DNA of 64,000 nucleotides, from assembly GCF_009834535.1 (NCBI RefSeq), contig NC_045696.1, positions 76,014,001-76,078,000 on the forward strand, given 5' to 3'. The translations under genes were made by a program, and so were the position numbers. This document shows, piece after piece, positions 25,270 to 37,818 of the stretch; position 1 is the first letter of the stretch, and each line of letters begins with the position of its first letter. Source of the DNA: Camelus ferus (Eukaryota). Under the pieces are notes generated by a model. That model was given only the letters and a program-made list of their open reading frames with translations, was not told the DNA's origin and did no database searches.

Positions 25270-26205
25270 TCATCAGCTTCCTCCCTGACTCAAAAACCTT
25301 CAGTGATTCCCCATTTTCATAAATCCCAAATATGAAAGCCACTGCCCTTCAGAACTCCCTTTAATCTAGCTGCAGTCACTTTGCCCAATCTTGTTTTCCT
25401 CTACATAGTTTTCCTACAATTTCTCACCCTCAACTCGCTGGTCTAGCCAGGTTTTTTCACAGATGCACACAAACTCAATCCCAGTTTCCTCCTGACCCCG
25501 ATGCTGTTTCCCTGTTCATGAACCTGACACATGGTAGGCAGTCAGTAGATGTTTGTGGCTGGACTGTTGAACTATGCTCTCTCCGACTATCCAAATCACA
25601 CCCCAGTTTTCAAGGAACAGATCAAGCCTTACTCCATCTGGGAGGCTTGCCCTGGTCCCTCTGAACTGCATAATCATGTTCTGCTATAATCCACAGAATT
25701 TATGTTGTAACACACCATTTAGGACCCATAGTCATGACCTCTTAATCACTGTTAAAAGTGCGTGGAAAATTCAATCTGCTCGTCACAAGTAGATATTCTG
25801 AAGACTAATAGCAAGTCTTCTATTTCTTCATAATTAGCATACCACCTAACCCCACACTGAATCCTTCATAGGTACTTAGGAAATATTAAATTGATAAGCT
25901 GGGAGGTGTTTTCAGAACATTCCTTTCCTCTACCGGGTATGTATATTATGCAATCTCCACTTGGCAAAATGCTCCTCTTTCAAACAGAAACTCAAATGCC
26001 CCTGAATGTGGCCTTTTCTCTTCTTACACATATCTATTGGCACTTGTCACATTGCTATAATCATTTGTTTATACATCTATCTCCCTATTTAAACAATATT
26101 CTTTCCCTTCAGGAAAAAAAAATTCATTTTTGCTGTAATTCTATGCCCAGTACTACTGCCACAATACAGTAAGTATCCAATAACATTGAGTGAATATATG
26201 GAATG
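25270..26205 (+). mobile_element. Cluster of degenerate L2 fragments
   Basis: ctcaaaaaccttcagtgattcccc; acctgacacatggtaggcagtcagtagatgtttg; terminal tgagtgaat/gaatgaat. Confidence 0.6.
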
Positions 26206-27519
26206 AATACACATACCCTTTACAAAAGAGTGATGTTTTGCTTTGCTCTCTCTGAAAACTGTAGAACCAATTTGTGACAATTTGAGATGAAGGATTAGTG
26301 TCAGGCTTGAAACCCAGTGTATGCATTCACGATCTAAGTTGTATACAGGGTCAGGAGATAGAATTATCCATAGGTTTCTAGTATCTATGCCAAATCTTCC
26401 CCCCCAATTACCTTTAATAGCTCTGAGTTGGCTATGCATTATAGTGCACTGTGTGGCTTTTGATATCCCCAATCAAGAATCACTAAGTATTTAAAAAACA
26501 CCATTAGTTAATATATTATAAAGTACAAAGAATATACTTCTTATAACACCTTCTCTGGGGTCATCCAAGATTGCTATGAGACTTAACACCACAAGCTCCT
26601 TTTAACACCACGAGCACAGCTCTCACCGTTACTGTCTACCTTAAACTTAGTTTACTAATATATTAATTGTACTCTCTATTGGATGCATATTCTTTTGAGA
26701 GCAGAGACAGTTTTAGACATCTCTCCATTCTCTGGAGCACCTAACACAATAAATTCTATGGGCTGGGGCTAAGTAAACAGTTACTGTATGAATCTATTAA
26801 TGACCATATTCCAAGTTTCTGATGAATTTTAAAACAGAGCAACATAGGAGAAATTACTCTTATCACAGTATCAGTAATGACTGTCCTTTTCATGACCAAC
26901 TTGTTTGTTTTACATATTGATCTAAATGAACTGTATTATCACTTTCATTTCTTCTCTTAAAGTTCTCCACTAGACATTTCAGAACCAATTTGATGGACCA
27001 CTAATAGCAAGTGCATGGGACTTCAAGGTACAATTTCACATACAAAAGGCTGTCTCCTTCTTTTAATACCTTTATTTTCCCTTTATCTAATTTTTCCTTC
27101 TAATTTCAATTTAATCTTACCTTCCTATATAATATGCACCTTTGTAAGCTGTCTTAAATTATTTTCAGGCCAAAAGGTAATCATGAATATAAATAAACTG
27201 ATACATAAGATGCAATAAATATAAATAAATGAATAATAAGTATCAAATCCAAGATTTTCTTGATTAAATATCACCCCATGATTTGTTAAATTGATAAATT
27301 TCCTTGAATTGTTATTACTAAATCACAATTTTAATCACCCCATAGATTATTTATGGGGTCACTCATGCTTGGAAAATACCTTTTATTTTCCGTGTAATCA
27401 CCTGGCCTCATTACTACATACTTCCAATTTAGCCAGTGGCTTTATGGGGGGAAAAAAGAGAATGAGAAGGTGGATAATTGTCTTCAAGTTTCTCTTTGTA
27501 CTCTTAAGAGCTGGGATAC

Positions 27520-27780
27520 AATAATAGCCAACACTTAAAGCACTTACCGTGAGCTGGCATTGTACGAAGGATGTAACATCATCATTTAATCCTCACAACA
27601 ACCCTAAGAAATGATACTGTTATTATTATCATCCCATGTTAGTAATGAGGAAACTAGGTACTCAGAGGTTCGATAACTTGTTGCCTATGATCACACCTTG
27701 AGAACATAACACACCTGGGATAATAACCTAGGCCAACTGGTCCCAGAGTTGGGCTCCTAACAACTTTGTTAGACTGTCTC
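27520..27780 (-). mobile_element. MIR SINE, near full length
   Basis: tcatttaatcctcacaacaaccctaag...atgaggaaactaggtactcagagg. Confidence 0.85.
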
Positions 27781-29169
27781 AGCTACTCTGAGTCTTTCAA
27801 GTCTTTAAAAGAAGTGTTAACTTTCAGCATTGTCCATTAACTATGACAAATAAGGAAGAAATGGCAAACTGGATGATCAGTTATGCCACTGCAAGTAAAA
27901 GACAATTGTTCCCCAAAATGATATCTCCCAGACCTTGCCCTTCTAAGCCAAACAAGGCATTAATGGATAGTGATTTAATATAAACTTTGTGGATTTTTAC
28001 AAAATCCAAATGCTATTTAAGTGAAAGGGATTGAGAGAAAGGGGAATTTTCTTTTACTACTGGTAGCAAAAGTATTCATTGCCTCCTGCTATTAGAAGTT
28101 ATTTTTTGCTTTAGTCAATACTGCCTGGGGCAGGCCTGGGCTTTATTTGCCATCTCAGTGTCTGAACCTTGAAATAAGGTTATTGATTTATGATCTGTGT
28201 AACTCCTGGCTGACTCCTGGACGTTATGATACACTAATACGGGGTCTTTAGGAAATCACCTGCTACCCCTCAAGGCAGGATCTACATCTTGTTCATTTGT
28301 TTGTCATTCCGGCATCTAGCACATAATAAACACTCAATAAATATATGCTGAGTAAATGAATCCTTAAACTATTTTCTGTAATTTAATTCTTTATAGGTTT
28401 TAAGTTTCTAATGATAGACTCTGTTTAACACTTTATACAGGGCTAACATTGAATAATATAGATATGATCAAGTGAGTGAACTATTTACAGTTTCAAGTAG
28501 TACAAGTGGTTCATGCATTGCTGAAATCATATGCTAGAAGACACATGAAAATAAAAGCTACTCCAGTAACAAAAATTTACCTTAAAGCCCCGTGAATCCT
28601 TTTCCTAAGGAACCAACTGCTTTATAATTCATTAACTAGTGATTTTCCTTTTTTTTTTTTTTTTAACTTCCTTGGTAACATAAAAGAATATTAAGCTTTT
28701 ACTTGCCCCTTCATTTTAAACCTTCATCACCTTAAACGTAACTCCTAAGGATAAAGGTCTTAGAAAAATAAAAGACATTCTTTCTCTGGGACATTATAAG
28801 TTATAAGATTTCTGTTACCTTGTTTAACTGTAAAGAGGTTGTTATGATGCCATTCAGAGGAAGTTCACAATAATAAGTGTAAGGGCGAGAGAAGACAGTC
28901 CCAGCTAGCCTGGAACTAAGATATAGATATATCTGGCATTTAGCTTCAGAAGAAATCCGTCCTTTATGCTGTTTATTCCCATCTGGTGATTTATATGGTG
29001 GATAAGGAATCTCTTAAAATTTCAAACATATTCCCAGTTGGGGATCAAATGAACATAGAAATGCACAGAGAACTAAGAGTAATAGGGCAGCGAAGGAAGC
29101 TAGAGCGTGGGGAGGATTCTGCAGAATTTCTGAGGGAATACGTTCCAGAGGGAATTGGACATGACAAGC

Positions 29170-29480
29170 CTGCCTCAGCCGCGGGACTGGGAGTGAGTGG
29201 GAGGGGACCCAGGTGCCACGGCCAGTCCTAGCGCTACGGCAGCAGCCCCGGCGCCGCCCTGGTGCCAGATGTGCGAACTACAGCACGCTCCCCTGACTAC
29301 CGAGGGGCCGTTTCACTGCGTGTGACAGCACAACCAGGCAGCTCTTCCCTACTCACTTCCCGGAAGACCGCCAACTGGTGGGCCCAGACTGCTGTGCAGG
29401 GCTCTACCCTTCAGATGGGCAAAGGCTGGGGGGGGGGGGGGGGGAGAGCAGCCAGGACCTGCGGTGACGGGAGCCCAGGC
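29170..29480. promoter_or_regulatory. Small CpG-rich element (candidate promoter/insulator)
   Basis: More than a dozen CpGs in ~300 bp within a CpG-poor window. Contains TTCCCGGAA (29357-65), CTCF-like CCACCAGTTGGCGG (minus, 29368-81), GAACTACA and a G17 run. Confidence 0.55.
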
Positions 29481-29739
29481 CTGGACTTGTGAAGGCACAA
29501 AAATTATCAGCTCTGGTCCACCAAAACGCCTGGTGTGAACTTTGCAGGGAAGGACATGCCTGTCTGAGTGAATAAACTTATAGCCCGTAAAATACATCTA
29601 TGTACTACAAAATTCAAGCTTAACACTAAATGGGAAATCACCTGTACCTGGATGCTGACAAAACCTAAGAACGTTCAGCGTGTAAATTCTTCTGGAAGGT
29701 AAAATAGAAATAAAAGTATAGATTACTATATATCCTTGA

Positions 29740-29930
29740 CCGACATCATGCTTTATGGTTTCACAAACCATGTCTCATTTCTTTCTCAGAACAACTCTGT
29801 GAGGCAAACATAGCAGGCATTATCCTTATCTAATAGATGAGGAAACTGAGGCTCAGAGAGACCAAGAGATTTGACCTCGATCATACAACTCATGTTAACT
29901 CCAATGGCCATATAGCTCCACAGATCAAGA
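29740..29930 (-). mobile_element. MIR SINE
   Basis: agatgaggaaactgaggctcagagag core. Confidence 0.85.
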
Positions 29931-32900
29931 ATCTCTGTGGGTTATTCATTCACTGAACCATGATTTACTAATCACTTATTCCAGGAGTTCATGAGTATTG
30001 ATAAACCATGATGTTCAACTTGGTGGACTAGTTGGAGGAAAGGCAAGACTGCCATTCCAATTGATTTGTGCGGGGATTAACTCCTTTCAAAGCTGTTTGT
30101 GATGGTGTCTTTCCCTGTGCTTTGCTTCCCCAGTCCTCAGACTCTATTTCCCCTCCTCTTTCTCTCTCCAAGCACCAAGATGTCCTGTGGTGGCGGCGCT
30201 GGGAGCATGGTGGTTACTTGGGAAAGGAGGGTAAGGAAAAAGAGAGACTTAGAGGGAAAAGGACTGAGAAAAGAACAGGATGGGACTGGCAGAAGTCCTA
30301 CCCACCTCTCCTCACTGCACGCTCTTTAAAAACATTCCCAGAGTCATTCCCTTTTTAAAATATCATTTAGCCAAAATGTGTAAATACAATTAACCAAATG
30401 CAGTAATGTATTTACTGGACAAAGAAAGCCATAGCAGCTTTTTTGTCTTTTTACAGTCAGCAAACACAACCCATCTGTAAGGCCAGCCAAAACAAAGACC
30501 GGGGGCGTAAGAGCCCATAAACTACTTCAGTATTCTGTGGGCTTTTAGCATTTTCTTTTCTTTCTTCCCCATTTTCAGATCCAGCTGCCCTTTGCTACAA
30601 CTTCTCCATGTTCCTGTGGTAGCCACTCCACCAAAACAATATACACGGGCCAGGCAGTAAGGGCCATCTGGTCTGCCCCCAGAGCTCCCTCCAGGACTGG
30701 AAGACACCATGGAGGGGAAACACCTTCCAACTGATTTTTCTGTCTTAGAAAGAAAAGCAGGGAAAATGAAGGTTGCCAGGGGCAGCTAGATTGGCAGAGA
30801 CAGCTTGGCTTCTAAAGACTTCAGCGAGAGTTCACACCAAGTCAAGCAGGGCACTTCCTAGTTTCTGAACAAAAGAAAAAGTCATCCCTGTCCTGGCACT
30901 CCATGACCAGGTGGAGGCCTGACTCTGTTCCCACAGTGCAGGTAACTGCACCCACCAGGTAATGAAGGTCAGAGGTGATGGTTGCATACCTCTGATTAAA
31001 GAGTCCAGGCAAGCACAACGAGCTTTGAGGAATGAATCAGAGCCAGCCCTCACCACAGCTATTCAACAAATTCCATTCCTCAGAGATTTATGAAGTGCCT
31101 GCCACATGCAAGGCACTGCACCATGAATTAAAATTTTAAAGGAATTCTCACAACCTCTATTACCTTTGATCAATAACCCTTGGGCTAGTAGAGTTACTCT
31201 TGTTATCAAATGATGAGCTGAGGCCCAAAGAGGTTCCATGACAGTGATGAGGGAGAGAAGTCACTGTGCCTGGCTGCTGGTCACCCACTGCATGAGCTGG
31301 GCAAGTCTTTCAACCACTTGGGCTATAAAGAGGAGGGCTGACCAGCTGGTCTCTGTCAAAGACTCCTTACAGTTTGTTTTTCATCCTTTGTAGCTAACAT
31401 TTGTTGAGTACCTGTTAACATGAAGTGGGTACCCATTTTATACAAAGGGATATTTCTAACATTTTATGATTTGTTTAGGTCTTGTCTCTCAAAGCAATAC
31501 CATACCAATTTTATATTTAATTATATTTATAGTAAATATATTCATGTAGAGGAAATAAGGGGAAAGTAAGCCATGCTTTCTTTCCTTCCCTCAACTAGTA
31601 TTTCTTTAGGCCAAAACTGTGTCTCATCTCACTCCTCACTATTATTTCACAATGAATATGGAGTCTGAGCCAGAGCATCAAGACTTGCAGAATACTTTTT
31701 TGTCGTTGTTGTTGTTTGTTTTAACATAAAACATAGTTGCAGAGAGAAGACACTTTTTAGTTTATCCTAGGGGTGACTCAGAAGGTTATGTAAGCTTTCC
31801 ACAAATAGAAACCTAAATTCATCCCTTCAAAAATCCACTGTAAACAGGTTTCATGTTATATACATTGTTCTCAGCTGTTACCATACATTTCCGTTGCACT
31901 TTGCATTTTTAAAGGATTTTATAATTATTTAGCTAACTCTGTTGATAATCTATAATAGAACTCAGCCTCAGTAATGGATGTTTTGATTCCACTTGCCAAG
32001 TCCACTAGCAGGAAATGAGTGAAGACCTCTGTTTGGGAAAGAAGCTTTCTGTGTGTTTCTAGCAAGTAAACTGTCATCACATTTAATTGAGATTTGAGAA
32101 ATGGGTAGCAAAACAGCAGTGAATGATGGTATTTGCAAATTAGTTGAAGCCAAGAGAATTTTTTGCCTGGAGTGTTCAGACTGAAAAAATAAATATAAGG
32201 AAAATCAATGTTAGTTAAGAGAAACTTTCTTGTTTCCCTGCTGATTTTCCATGAATTAAGATGTACAGATTTGATTCAGCTTGGAAGTCCTCGTCTTTTT
32301 TGACCCTTTAAGGGAATCTGTCAAATTTGAGATAAGATGTAGATGTAATGTAGGATGTAGCAGAACAATCTTTGAACTCACCATGCTGATCAAAGTAATG
32401 GCTTAACTTGTATCTTCCCCTACTCAGCCCCTATTATAGATTTCTCTTTTTTTCCAGGAAATTATTTCAAATGCTTCCTAAGGGGAAAAAGTGCTTTTCA
32501 ATCTTCCTCACTCTCAACTGTGATATGGGTAAAATCATCAATACCCATTTCTGCCAGTAACTGACACTCATGTTTATCAATGAGCCTTCCTGGAGCTCTG
32601 TTCTCAATGCATTCTTGTGCTTTTATAAAATTTAAGTATGCAGGGTGACTGCAAAAGTAACAAGCTTTGAAAGAATGTTAGATAGCAAAGGCTTTATTTT
32701 AGACATAATCATCTCTAATATAGAAGTCTAATGAGTTACCGAATAGTTCTCTGTATCCCAAGTGTAATACGTTTAATTTAGATTTTTAGAGAAGTTACCA
32801 TACATTTAATATTAACCTCTTTTTAAGAAAATGTTTCAAAATATGGTCTGTTTCAGCTTAGTAATTACTTAAAATCAGACATACTCTTTCTATAGGGCCA

Positions 32901-34959
32901 GTATGATGGTTTTCCACATTTGCATTTACGTAGATGCTATGTACACATATAACACACAGATATAAGGTTAAAATTTTCTCTGATCATTCCAAAATTTTCT
33001 CTGAGCATCTTCTACTTCAGTAAGTTTTAGTAAATATTAATCTTCAACAAACAGTGGGATTTTTTTCCTATGCCAAATTTGTGTTTGAATCTAGTGGTAA
33101 ATAAATAGGAAAGAGAGTTTAATCTTTTCCATAAATGACATTTGGTCTAACACTTTGTTTTCTTTCTTTCTTTCTAATGTCTGTGACTGGATTCCGGAAA
33201 GGGCTACATGGATAATTTTATGATCAAAATTTTCACTGGGATTCTATTCAGCCCTTTTCAGTCTTTACATGGGGTACAAATCTTTATAAAATCACAATAT
33301 GTCCTCATTCAAAATTAGGTTTATTCCCAATGCTGATATGAAAGACCTCAGAATTTTCAGTGCAATTTTCAACATAGAGCTTCAGGAAACACTCCTAAAC
33401 TTGTATGCCACATCAGGTCTATGGACTGGTCGTTTCCCCTACCTTCAACAGAAACAGAGGAGGAAAAAGGGGCTTCAGGGGGGAAAATGAAACAGAAGTC
33501 TCATCTTTACATGTCAAAAGTAAATTTTGGCCCCTAAAAATCTTTTGAAAATGGTCTAGGCTTTAAATACCATAATTCTAACTCCCTCTCAGGTAAGAAA
33601 AGGGAAGTAAAAGAGAAGGAAATTAAAAAAATCTCAATGTGGTATATTCTTACTTCAAGTATTACCTCAGTTGTTTCCAATTCCTGCATGACTTTTCCCA
33701 GCACCTCTGCATTACGCTTACCCTTATTCTTCTCTAATATGTTTCACATTGATTTTTTTTTCCCTATTCTCTGCTGACTGCACAGTTTGAAAATGCTTTG
33801 ACCTTAAAGTCAAGGTCAAGTTTGCATTCTTGGAGTAAACAAGAAAGAAAGATGGAGAAGAGGGGAACTTAAAACAAAACCACCTAACCAAGAAAAATTA
33901 TGGAGCAAAAATATGACATAAAAAAGAAAGAAAACAATGTATCTCTTTTAGGATTTCTTTTTCTTCTATATTTGGCATTCAAGGTGAGGAACATTAATAT
34001 AAGCTGACAGTAAAAGGAGTGAAATTTTTTCCCAAGTATTATTTGCGAAGGAACTAGTCTGGCATTAAATATTCCTATCACTATGTAGAGTAATACATCT
34101 GATAGAATAAAATTTCCAACCATCTTATTATGCTCAGGTACTATACTGGGAAAACAAGAACTACACATTATGGCTCCAAGAAAAGTTTAAATAAATTAGT
34201 GCTTGAACAATACACTTTAAAAAAAGAAAAGAAAAGAAAAACCATAAGTTTGAATAATCTTCCAGAGTTGTTGCAGGTTTTATAAAGGTTTCATCTCTAT
34301 CTCAGGGCATAGCTACAGTAATTTGACAGTTAACCACTTTAAAAGATAGTATTGAAATGTTCATAACTTCCCTTATAACAAAGACAGAAAAACAACCACA
34401 CTCGTAAAAATGTATTTGTTCTTTTCCTATCCCAGTCTGAAGCAAAGGTTCCACACAACTAAAAGGAGGCATTTTAAAGCTTCATTGTGACACATCTAAT
34501 GTGGACATGGTTATTCAATGCAAAGTTAAGGCAACTGGGTATCTGCAAGACCCACTTTTATATAAAGACCCTCTGCTGAAATAGTGTGTCTCCTCAGAGA
34601 GACCTTTTAATTTAAAGTCAGTCTATGTATAAGCCTTTTCATAATCTGTGCCATAATTATGATGTGGTATGATGTGATGTCATCCAGAAGGCAGTTTCAG
34701 TAACTGGTTTGTGTTAACATAGACTGCCTAGCTCATCTTAGACATACATAGATCTCTAGCCACTGAAAGCTCATTTTCACTAAGATTAGATACTTATGTA
34801 TGGTCTTTGGTGAACAATATTGGTGCCTACCTAGCAATCATTTAATTTTAATAGTAGGAACCACATTCAAATAAAAATTTCTGGAAATTCCAAAATTTCC
34901 TTATGGCTTTTTAAAAGCTTTGCTCCTTTCCGCTATACTTTCAATAGATTCATAAAAAC

Positions 34960-35460
34960 AAGCCATTCAATTCAATTCTTTTAAAATTCAGTAGATATTT
35001 ATTGAGTCTTTAATATGCACCAGGTTCTCTACTACACCCCAAGGGTACAAAAATGAAAAAAATATGGTCCTTCCCTTGTGGAACTCAGAGTCTGCTAGAT
35101 GAGACAAACTCCCAAAGAGAAAATACACACAGTCAGGGACTACAGGACTACAGGACTATAATCCTGCATTCCGTGCAGAATTTTGTGGGGTCGACGGGGA
35201 AAAGGGATTAGTTCTTGAGGAGATTCAGGAAAGGCTTTCTAGGAAGATGATGCCTGAACTAGAAACAGATAGACTTATTGTCGATTTTTCAGGTAAAAAA
35301 TTCTGAAAAACATTGAGGACATGGGTTATTGCATGATCACATACCCAAAAGGTATGAAACAGCCCCAAAGGTTTGGAGCTAGGTTGGGTAAATTGAAGCT
35401 GGAGGGCAGAGAGAGAGAGAGAGACCAGGTGATGGGGACCCTGACTTACATCCAGGATTG
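34960..35460 (-). mobile_element. L2 3' fragment
   Basis: attcagtagatatttattgagtc...tggtccttcccttgtggaactcagagtct...tcaggaaaggctttctaggaagatgatgcctgaact. Confidence 0.75.
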
Positions 35461-37221
35461 TGAATGGGACTTAACAGGCGTCACAGGCCACGAAGGTGGC
35501 TCAAGCTCCTAACATTGCAGTTGCCAGTTAGTTTCTTTTCTGGTCTAATTTTGTAATGATTTCCATAGATCTTCAATATCAAAACCTTTATGAGTTCAAG
35601 GTCATATTTAAAAATCTGAGAGAATGACAATTCCCATGAAACAAGCAAAAAATAACGCACAGAGGGGAGAATATTTTCTAGCTCCATTTATTGATAATTA
35701 TAAACACCTTAACTTGTCTTGGCACTTAACATTTTAAAGACTGTTTCTCAAGTAGTGTTTCATTTTTAGAGCAACTTTTTGACATACATACAGCAGATAT
35801 TTTTTTCTTTTACGAATGAGGAAATTGAAAATGAGAGATACTCATACCACTAGGAAGTGGCAGAGGAAAAAGGCAGAACCAGGTCTTAAAGCAACAAATT
35901 ATTTGCTCTCTTCCTTTACCAGTTGATGGAATCTATGCTTATGAAATTCCTTGCCAAGCTTACGAATGGCCATTGATAATGAAAACTACAGGTAACATTA
36001 ACCTCCTGCATAGGCACAAGTTTTTTAAAATAAATTTGTCTAAACTATGCTTGCCAGATTTCCTATGTAGACGATGCCATTAATAATGATTAAAAACTAA
36101 CAATTTATTCAGCACAAGGAAGTGACAGATTTTCAATTTTTCTTTCTTGCTATTGGAAACAGTCCAATCTACAAATTTCCCTCTAAGAACCACTCTAGCT
36201 GCATCTCACAAATTTTGATATGTGGTGCTTTTTGTTATCATTTAGCTCAAAGTATTGCCTGATTTCTTTTGGTGGGTACTTCTTTGATCCATGGGTTATT
36301 TAGAAATGTTTTGTTTGATTTCCATATATATAAAAATTTCCTTGATACCATGTTGTTATTGATTTCTAATTTATCACACTGGTCAGAGAAATATATTCTC
36401 TACCCTATTAGTCATTTTAAATTGATTGAGATTTATATTAAAGTGATCTAGCATATGATCTAGGTGAAAGTTCCATGAGTACTTGAAAGGAATGTATATT
36501 TTGCAATTATTGAGTGTAGGGTCCTGTGAAGAGTGATGAGGTTCAGGTGGTTGGTGATGTTTAGATCTTCTGTATCTATATTCTTATTCAATTTTTCTGC
36601 CAGCTTGTTCTGTCAATCACTAAGAGAAGACTTCTAAAATATCTAACTAAAATGATAGATTTCTCTATTTTCCCCTATTATATTTCTGTTAGATTTTTGC
36701 TTCATCTATTTTTAAGTTCTCTGGTTAGGTGCCTACACATTTAAGATTCTTATTCCTTACTGATGAAGTGGCCCTTTTGTCATTTAAAAGTACTCTCTTG
36801 ACCTCTGGTCTTGCTCCTGATCTGAAAGTCCACTTTGTCTGATGTTAATGTAGCCACATTAGGTTTCTTAAGTTTTTGGCATGGATTCTCTTTTACCATC
36901 CTTTTACTTTCGATCTGTACCATTACACTTAAAGGATATCTGTTGACTTCTAGATTCTACTTAGGATATAGCATTGGTAGGAGTGTTGCTCGCATCCTTA
37001 CTACAGTGATAACAATAATAGCAACGAAAGACTTATAATCCTTTCCACTGCTATTCATTCAATCCTATAAATCTGGTTTCTTTTCCCTTCACCTGGAAGA
37101 ACTTTCTTTAGCATTTCTTGTTGCTTAATTCTGCTGGTGACTAATTCTCTTACCTCTTGGTTGTGAAAAAGTCTTGTAATGCAGGTCTGGTAAATATGAA
37201 TTCTCTTCAATATTTGAAAAA

Positions 37222-37818
37222 TATATTAGTTTTCTGTTGTTACTATAACAAATTACCACAACCTTAGTGGTTTAAAACAACAAAAAGTATTAGGTGGATT
37301 TACTCCTAGGTATTTTATTCTTTTAGATATAATGCCAAATGGGATTGTTTCTTTAATTTCTCTTTCTGGTAGTTCATTGTTGGTGTACAGAAATGCAACA
37401 GATTTCTGTATATTAATTTTGTATCCCTCAAGTTTACTGAACCCACTGATGAGCTCTAGTAGTTTTCTGGTGGCAGCTTTAGGATTTTCTGTGAATAGTG
37501 TCATGTCACATCTGCAAACAATGACAGTTTTACTTCTTCCTTTCCAATTTGGATTCCTTTATTTCTTTTTCTTCTCTGATTGCTGTGTCTAGGACTTTCA
37601 AAACTAAGTTGAATAAAAGTGCTGAGAATGGGCATCCTTGTCTTGTTCCTGATCTTAGAGGGAATGCTTTCAGCTTTTCACTGTCGAGTATGATGTAAGC
37701 CATGGGTCTGTCCTATATAGCCCTTATTATGTTGAGGTATGTTCCCTCTATGCCCACAGGTTCTAGGGATTAGGTTATGGGCATTTTGGGGAAAGGCTAC
37801 ATTATTCTGTCTACCACA
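37222..37818 (-). mobile_element. MaLR LTR (MLT1C/D-like); only the two ends (~37222-37291 and ~37755-37818) remain
   Basis: tattagttttctgttgttactataacaaattaccacaaccttagtggtttaaaacaac and cacaggttctagggattagg...cattattctgtctaccaca are the two termini of an MLT1 LTR. Confidence 0.85.
37290..37757 (-). mobile_element. Younger LINE-1 ORF2 reverse-transcriptase fragment
   Basis: ORF 37253..37504 [39 protein letters not shown]...IKYLG. The upstream LSLFAD-D motif is broken by a 2-nt insertion. Confidence 0.95.
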
